Below, piece by piece: positions 11,431-20,000 of a DNA stretch of 20,000 nucleotides. Every line of letters starts with the position of its first letter. Positions within the stretch are counted from its first letter, which is position 1. Both the position numbers and the translations under genes were made by a program. The notes under the pieces are model-generated. The model was not told the origin of the DNA and made no database searches. It worked only from the letters and a program-made list of their open reading frames with translations. The DNA is from Priapulus caudatus. Its lineage: Eukaryota. Location: NCBI RefSeq assembly GCF_000485595.1, contig NW_014577065.1:206846-226845 (forward strand). Reading direction: 5' to 3'.

Positions 11431-13029
11431 CATACACAGGCGTACGTACACATGCTATATACACAGGCTTACGTATCACATGCTCATATACAGCAGCTTA
11501 CGTACACATGCTACAATACACAGCGCTACGTAGCCATGCTACATAAACATGCTTACGTACACATGGCTACATACACAGGCTTACGTACACATCTATATAT
11601 ACACAGGCTTACGTACACATGCTATATACACAGGCTACGTACACATCTACATACACAGGCTACGTACACATGCTATAATACACAGGCTTACGTACACATG
11701 CATACATACACAGGCCTACGTACACATGCTAGCATACAGCAGGCTTACGTACACTGCTAGCATACACAGGCTTACGATACACCATCTACATACACCGGCT
11801 TACGTACACATGCTACAATACACAGGCTTACGTACACATGCCTAACATACACAGCGCTTACGTAGCACATCTACATACACAGGCCTTACGTACACATGCT
11901 ACATACACAGGCTTACGTACACATGCTATATACACAGGCTTACGTACACATGCTTGTATACACAGGCTTAACGTACACATGCTAACATTACACAGGCCAG
12001 TTACGTACACATGCTACTACACAGGCTTACTGAAAAAAAAAAAAAAAAAAAAAAACAAAGAAAAAAAAAAACACATGCTACATACACAGGCTTACGTACA
12101 CATGGCATATACACAGCTTAGCGTTACAGCATGCTCATACCAGGCGCTACGTACACATGCTACATACCACAGGCTTAACGTACACATGCTACATACACAG
12201 GCCTTACGTACAAACCATGCTACTACACAGGCTTACGTACACATGCTACATAACACAGGCCTAGCGTACACATGCCTACTACACAGGGCTTACGTACACA
12301 TGCACACTACACAGGCTTACGTACACATCTACAGTACACAGGCTTACGTAACAGCATGCTACGATACACAGGCTTACGTACACATGCTACATACCAGGCT
12401 TACGTACACATGCTATAATCAACACAGCTTACGACACATGCTACATCCACAGCTTACGTACACATGCTACATACACAAGTCCTTACGTACAACATGCTAG
12501 CATACACAGGCCTTTACGTACACATGCTATATACACAGGCTTACGTACATCATGCCTATAGTACACAGCTTACGTACACATGCTACATACACAGGCTTAC
12601 GTACAACATGCTCTATACACGGCTTTACGTCCCACATGCTACATACACAGGCTTACGTACACATAGCTACATACACAGGCTTACGAAACATGCTATATAC
12701 ACAGGCTTACGTAACACATGCTATATACACAAGGCTTACTACACATGCTACATACAAAGGCTTAACATACACAATGCTACATACACAGGCTTACGTACAC
12801 ATGCACATACACAGGCTTAACTTACACAATGCTGACATACACAGGCTTACGTACACATGCTACATTACACAGGCTTACGTGACATGCTAGCTACACACGG
12901 CTTACCGTACAACTGCCTAGCATACAGCAGGCTACGTAACATGCCTAATACACAGGCTTACTACACGATGCAAACATACAAGGCTTAGGTACACATGCTA
13001 CTACACAGGCTTACGTACACATGCTATAT
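11431..13029. repeat. 27-bp minisatellite array, unit YATACACAGGCTTACGTACACATGCTA, roughly 55-58 imperfect units
   Basis: Head-to-tail units with frequent 1-nt indels, interrupted by an A-run at 12033-12071. Unit number is estimated from length. Confidence 0.97.
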
Positions 13030-13077
13030 GCCAAATACACGTACGACTTTGCAGCACGGGCGCGCAATACGGGATTG

Positions 13078-13560
13078 CACACCACACACAATGTACCACA
13101 CACCACCCACACACACACACACAGGCATCCACACAACACGACCACACACCACACTCACACACACATCCCACACCCATACACCACAAACACAAGCCGGAAG
13201 TGCACACCACCACACACAACACACACAACACACAACTACACACACACACACACAGCGCGCGCGCGCAAATATATATATACTATATTAATATATATTATAT
13301 ATACTATATATACGTCATATCATATAACATATATATATATATATTATATATATGATTTATGCACATTATAACTCCTGATATATATGTATATATATAAACA
13401 TATATATAATTATATATATATATATATACTATATACTATGTTATATATATATAGCTAGCGCGCTGCGCCGCGGAGTGGTGTGTGTGTGTGGTGTTGATGC
13501 TGATTGTGCTGTGTGTGTGGTGTAGTGTGTTGTGCTGTGTGTGTGAGTAAGTGTGTGCAC
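13078..13560. repeat. Compound microsatellite (CA)n-(CG)n-(TA)n-(CG)-(TG)n
   Basis: CA-rich 13078-13254, CG 13255-13266, TA-rich 13267-13453, CG-rich 13458-13472, TG-rich 13475-13560. Confidence 0.9.
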
Positions 13561-14084
13561 TGCATAAAGAGTTGCTAACAAACAGGCACTCCACGTGGGT
13601 GTGATTTGGCTCGTAATAATACGTGCAATTATCCGGTATTTATTATATTATGGATGAGGTAATATAATGCCGTATTAAACGCGTTGGATGAGCAGAAGAT
13701 AAGCAGAATAAAGCAAGATGGCCTACATTTCACTCGGCGACATCCGGTAAATCCGGGGACGAATCGATACTGTTGTTGCGCTTCAGGTGGCCATTCTAGA
13801 AGAGGCACTGCCGATAGGTATCTAGAACAATTCTGAGCATAAAGCTGAGCTTATATATATATAAGAGTAATAAGAAACAGAGAGAATTAATAATAGGAGA
13901 CTCCTATTATGTACTCTTGATATATATAGTGCGTATATTGTATTCAGCATGTCGCACCTCATGCCAGTAGTCAGTGTCAGGCAAATGTCATCAGTTCTGG
14001 TAGATGTGTCCGGATTTATCACGGAGTAGAGATGCGCCACAACCTAGGGCGTTTAACGGCGTAACATGTTCGGGCAACAGAATC

Positions 14085-14183
14085 CACCGAGCCATCGAGC
14101 ACCGAGCCATCGAGGACCGAGCCATCGAGCACCGAGCCATCGAGCACCGAGCCATCGAGCACCGAGCCATCGAGCACCGAGCC
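14085..14183. repeat. 15-bp minisatellite CACCGAGCCATCGAG, about 6.6 copies
   Basis: Six full units (one with C>G at 14115) plus a 9-nt partial unit; reads (HRAIE)n in the ORF track. Confidence 0.96.
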
Positions 14184-14317
14184 GATTATAGCGAAAACGA
14201 GTATAGATTTTACTATATAAAACGTTAGATATAGATACGATAGAGATAAAAAAAAAACGAATATATGAGAGAAGCGACAGATGATTATAGAGAAAACGAG
14301 AATAGAGAAAGAGAGAA

Positions 14318-14353
14318 AGATAGATAAATAGATAGATAGATAGATAGATAGAG

Positions 14354-14428
<75 letters not shown>

Positions 14429-14468
14429 GAGATAGATAGATAGATAGATAGATAGATAGCTAGATAGA
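14318..14468. repeat. (GATA)n microsatellite, flanked by A/G-rich sequence
   Basis: Nearly pure AGAT tandem array. Confidence 0.97.
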
Positions 14469-14961
14469 GAGAAGAAAGAAAAAAAGAAAGAAAGAAAGAG
14501 AGAGAGAAGCAAACGAGAGTGAGCGGGTGAGTGAGTGCGTGCTCCTAAATAGAGCGTTAGCGCACGGGAGGGAAGTATTTCGTAGACCATGCGTTCCGTG
14601 ATCAGTGTTCTACAATATAATTATGTGCTTCCACTATAGTTAGGTCTGGGCGTGACGGTGGTGTATTTAAGTAAGCCGGCGTAGTAATAGATAAGCACGA
14701 TACTATAATATATTTCACATATAATATGGTGCATATATTATCTTTCAGGGCGAAATGCGCTGAATCTGACTACACTTAACACGTATACCCATATCATTTC
14801 CCCCTCACACCAAAGCCGCGACTATAACATATACAACACTCCCGTGCACTAAGCAGGGCTGGTGTAGGTGGCGGTAAAACCTCGGTGTGTGTGTGTGTGT
14901 CATCGTCAGATTCGATAAAAACCCGTGAATATAATATTGAATACGACGCAATGTTGTGACG

Positions 14962-14993
14962 ATTTTGACATTTGACATTTGACATTTTGACAT
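14962..14993. repeat. Short 7-bp tandem repeat (TTTGACA)x4
   Basis: attttgaca tttgaca tttgaca ttttgacat. Confidence 0.85.
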
Positions 14994-16079
14994 CGTCCCT
15001 TTTCATTCATTCCGGTAAACCCATCGTTACTTTACGATATACTATTATTACAGTAATTTCGGTTCAATTTCATTGATCGCCAGAGTCGAATCGTATTGAT
15101 GACGCGGTATCGACGATGCCGACGCACTATAGCAGTGCACGAGCGTCTGTAAGCAAAGCACCTGTCTATACGGAATGAAAATATCTTATTTAGCTCGTGA
15201 AGAGAAGTTATTGTGATTGTTCCCCGCATTGATGGCTATATCGCATAATGTCAGATGCAGTGTAAGATCCCGTGAACAGCATACACGGGCCGCCGTCGCT
15301 GTTCGTTATGCTCTCGTGAACCTTGCTGTTGTCGGCAGCAGCACTTAAATTACCACGAGAAAGCGTTTTACAACTTACGGAAAAAGTCTCTTGCGAGAAC
15401 TCTGCGCCTGACAGACCAATGTAGTGCGCGAGTCAAACGTTGATGGCGATCCGCTTAACGCAGTGAAGACTCTGACAGCTATCGTTGAGAACATGTGTCA
15501 ACTCATTCCTACGCTGCCTTCATCTCACTGCCAGGATAGAGGGTAGAAGTACATAGTGATTTAGAGGGACTGTGTGCTACCAACACATGCTGCGATAGTG
15601 GTACACAGCTAGGCAGCATGCCATCGACATTACCCTGAAACTTACTATACGTCTATCATGGCCTAATCTCCACATGAAATCGTAACCTCACAGACACTGC
15701 TGTGCGGTGACATTGATGTATCATTTCTGCATAGATGGGCAATGTGCGATCACCGTTAATCGACAGCGCAAGTGTAGCCCCGTTGTGATATTGAGAGGAA
15801 ATGAGAAATCAAAGTGCCATTCAGAGAACATCGTGACATCAACCTAACACTAGCAAACGTCGCATCATCCATAACGCTACAGTCAGCGTGATAACGTGGT
15901 TGATTAGTCGGTTGTCAATAAAGTTATTGCGTAGCGGATACAGTCGGTATTCCATGAACCTAGTTAGTATTACATCTATTATTGTCACAGTGACCTAATT
16001 GTCATATCAGTAACGTTACGATGACCTTTCGTACATGTGTAAAATAAAAACTTAGAACCAAGAACTTAAACCGAATCGA

Positions 16080-16143
16080 AACCTAAACTAACCTAAACTA
16101 AACTAAACTAAACTAAACTAAACTAAACTAAACTAAACCTAAC
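16080..16143. repeat. (AAACT)n pentanucleotide microsatellite with AACCT variants at its edges
   Basis: acctaaacta acctaaacta (aacta)n aacctaac. Confidence 0.92.
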
Positions 16144-16696
16144 TTGACCTGATTCATGGTTTGCTGCTGCTTGTTACAAGGATGTGTATTTTTTTCCGTA
16201 GATAATAGGCAGATCTTGAATATTATAGTTTCTGAACCATTTTTCGTTCATGTAATAACCGTAGTTACAGAATTTCGGCAAATCAGTATTTATTACTAGC
16301 ATCATAGGGGCTATATATAGACTTGTTATTGCATGTTGTGATAAATGTAGCAAGACGAGAAAAATTCGATTACTGTAAGCGCATTGCGAAAATGTTGTGC
16401 TATAGTAATACACACTAGAGTGTTACACATTCTGTCGCAAATACTATTATCATATTTTTATTGATAACGTGACGGCGCAATGCGTGGCCCAATTCCAACA
16501 GAAAGTCAAAGGTAGTTCTAATCGAATTCTAGATAGACTAGTTGCTGATTTCCAATTTCATCAAGAAGATCCTTTTTTCACAGGATTTAATCAACACGAA
16601 TGCGTGGGATCACTGTCAACATAGACAAAGGTGGGAACAACGAGACAACCCAAGTCGCTCAGCTATCATAAGACTAAGAGTCAGGTGGCAGCCCCT

Positions 16697-16870
16697 CGGA
16701 AACCACCCAACGACCATAGATGTGATAGCACATCCACGGAAGTTACCCAACGACCATAGATGTGATAGCACATCCACGGAAGTTACCCAACAACCATAGA
16801 TGTTATAGCACATCCGCGGAAGTCACCCAACGACCATAGTTGTTATAGGACATCCACAAAGGTCACGCAG
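16697..16870. repeat. 40-bp minisatellite CCCAACGACCATAGATGTGATAGCACATCCACGGAAGTTA, about 4 copies
   Basis: Units start at 16706, 16746, 16786 and 16826. The first two are identical; later ones carry substitutions only. Confidence 0.94.
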
Positions 16871-17384
16871 CGATTATATTTGTCATGATGTAGCCGTCGA
16901 GATAACGTGGTGATTCTAGAGGTCACGAGTCAGCCGCGGAGGACACTTAATGATTGTAGAAGTAATGAGGTAATGTCGGTTAGACTGCGGTACAATGTAG
17001 TGGCGACCGGTAGTCTACCGACATGGTCACGAAGTTGTCACAGAGATCGCGATTGTTGTTGAGCCGAGAAACAGCCCTGTGAGTTTTATTAAATGTAAGC
17101 CAAATAATGATTCATTCAGTGAGATATGCTGATCATCAGATTTACTAACCAGGAAGCGCAGCGAGCATTCCTTATTAGTGATGGGATTAGCTATGCGGCC
17201 ATTTCCAAACAGAAAGCAAGTTTTTGCTGGACGGAAGACGAATTAGAATGACCATACCTTATGATTAATGGATGTCAGACCGCTCTATGATTGAGGTCTA
17301 CAAACACGATAACGTGACGTGGTTTTGATGCTTCTTGCAATGTGTTCGAGATAGACTATTTATCGGCAATCATACTACATTGTT

Positions 17385-17385
<1 letters not shown>

Positions 17386-17426
<41 letters not shown>

Positions 17427-17598
17427 GAGAAAAGTGAGAGAGGGTGTGAAAGACAGGGGGAAAGAAAGCAAAAGCCTGAAAGGGAGAGGGGAGAAGGAGC
17501 GGGAGAGAAAGTGAAAGACTCCGCCTATAATCCCAAGGTGCCCGTATACTGCGGACGGCGCACGCATCTCAGCCCGATCTCAATAAGCAACCGACCAG
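17386..17598 (+). promoter_or_regulatory. Candidate proximal promoter / 5' region of the GPCR: (GA)n tract, purine-rich run and TATAA
   Basis: Pure (GA)n at 17386-17423, purine-rich tract to ~17517, and TATAA at 17526-17530 about 70 bp upstream of the ATG. Position and motifs only; an upstream non-coding exon is not excluded. Confidence 0.3.
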
Positions 17599-18056
17599 AT
17601 GGCGATATCTCAGGAAACCCTCCAGGGGGTCCTGGAGACGAACATTAGCGAGAAAAATCGCGAGTTCATCCTGCGCATGCTGCACAGGTGGCCCAACTGC
17701 ACGGTCGACGCCTGCTTCTACGACTACGCCGACTTCTCTCAGATCGCCTCCGTGCGCGTTGCCTACGTCGTCGCCTACCTGATCGTGATGGCGCTCTCGT
17801 TGCTAGGCAACGCGATGGTGTGCTACACGGTGTGGTACCACAAGAAGATGCACACCGTCATTAATTACTACATCGTCAATCTGTCCGTCAGCGACCTGGT
17901 CGTGTCCGGCTTCGTCCTGCCGCTGATACTGATGGAGTATACGGCGCCGCCGGAGTTGAATATCCTCAGCGACAGTCTGTGCACGATTCTCAACTACACG
18001 CAGCCGATCTTCGTGTTCGCGAGCGTGCTAACTCTGATGGCGACCTGCATTGAGAG
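17599..18056 (+). CDS. First coding exon of a class A (rhodopsin-like) GPCR, neuropeptide-receptor type (N-terminus, TM1-TM3)
   Basis: The translation shows N-glycosylation sequons NIS and NCT, TM1 ending in LLGN (N1.50), ICL1 KKMHTVINYYIVNLSVSD (D2.50), P2.59, C3.25 (C128), Q3.32 and SVLTLMATCIER. R153 is exactly 25 residues after C128, so it is R3.50. Third codon positions are strongly GC-biased up to 18056 and the sequence turns AT-rich after it. A donor GAGAG|GTTTGT at 18056/18057 splits the Arg codon (phase 2). The ORF continuation to 18222 has no GPCR features and is read as intron. Confidence 0.93.
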
Positions 18057-18407
18057 GTTTGTACTTACCATTAACTATATTAGGCATGCACTTACATTAG
18101 GAGGGCTTGTAATTAATGCCTTTCGTGAGAGAATAAGCCCTTGTAACGCGCGGAAGTGGCGTGCATTAATTAACATAATCACACGATGGTGCTCGCCTTG
18201 TTCTGCCCCAGCAGCTCGCTGAAGCGTGTAATATCGTATTGTAATGGTCTCTTGCGCTTGCGCTCTGCTTTTCCTTCTTGCTTATTTTGTACGCATTTTC
18301 TCTTACATTATTTCCTGATCCGGGGCCATCCTCTTTCTATCCCTGCATCACCTCCGTCTGATCCTCTTTTATCTAATTCCTTTCCTCTGCCATCAAGTAT
18401 TCATATC

Positions 18408-18480
18408 TTATAATATCATATATGATATATATATATATATATATATAATATATATAATATATATTATATACACATATATA
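18408..18480. repeat. (TA)n microsatellite, imperfect
   Basis: Directly visible AT dinucleotide run. Confidence 0.9.
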
Positions 18481-18592
18481 CCTCGCTCCGCTGCCATCCT
18501 GGATTAGCTAATGCTGTTCAGTGAACGAACACGCGGTGTGTGGCAATGCTAATTCATGAACGCTCCGGCTGCGTCTCAATGCGCACGGAGTG

Positions 18593-19807
<1,215 letters not shown>

Positions 19808-20000
19808 CATACACAGGCTTACGTACACATGCTATATACACAGGCTTACGTACACATGCTACATACACAGGCTTACGTACACATGCTACATACACAGGCT
19901 TACGTACACATGCTACATACACAGGCTTACGTACACATGCTATATACACAGGCTTACGTACACATGCTATATACACAGGCTTACGTACACATGCTACATA
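19808..20000. repeat. 27-bp minisatellite array, second copy (7 perfect units, truncated by the window end)
   Basis: Perfect units varying only at the first position (C/T); this produces the 9-aa periodic ORF (YIACVRKPV)n on the minus strand. Confidence 0.98.

Noticed and set aside
11431..13029. 27-bp array as a CRISPR array
   Set aside because: Units are head-to-tail with no unique spacers, there are no cas genes, and the context is eukaryotic.
13066..13080. GCAAT-ACGGG-ATTGC hairpin after the array as a Helitron 3' stem-loop
   Set aside because: Only a 5-bp stem, with no CTRR end following.
11452..13371. Repetitive ORFs (HTQAYVHML)n and related
   Set aside because: 27-bp minisatellite read in shifting frames; no coding evidence.
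15505..15600. Segment around CATCTCACTGCCAGGATAGAGGG that looked like a dispersed-repeat (SINE-like) fragment
   Set aside because: Single copy in the window, with no Pol III A/B boxes, tail or target-site duplication visible; a genome-wide search would be needed.
16571..16636. Possible 47-nt exon (acceptor TTTTTCACAG, donor AAG|GTGGGA) upstream of the GPCR
   Set aside because: Weak donor, stops in two frames and no strong acceptor before the GPCR ATG; unsupported without transcripts.
18057..18222. C-terminal 54 codons of the 207-aa ORF as coding sequence
   Set aside because: They follow a splice donor at the ERY motif, lose codon bias and lack the ICL2/TM4 pattern; this is intron read-through.

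Overview
This is eukaryotic (animal, probably invertebrate) genomic DNA, extremely rich in simple-sequence repeats, with no sign of prokaryotic genes, operons or CRISPR. The only well-supported gene is the first coding exon (17599-18056, +) of a class A/rhodopsin-family neuropeptide-type GPCR. It covers the N-terminus through TM3 and is cut by a phase-2 intron inside the Arg codon of the E/DRY motif. The rest of the gene must lie beyond the window. A module of (CTA)n + ~1.1 kb non-coding block + 27-bp minisatellite occurs twice in direct orientation about 8.4 kb apart (10323-13029 upstream of the GPCR exon; 18731-20000 in its first intron). The copies differ mainly by 1-nt indels, and the first minisatellite array is full of such indels while the second is perfect. 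This points to unpolished long-read sequence and a possible false or allelic duplication, although a real tandem duplication or a minisatellite-carrying mobile element is not excluded. Other structure includes 15-bp and 40-bp minisatellites, a ~480-bp self-complementary compound microsatellite, a small GC-rich foldback segment and a candidate 81-nt exon. Nearly all other listed ORFs are translations of repeats. I found no convincing novel biological system, and the left ~13 kb looks too error-rich for fine interpretation.
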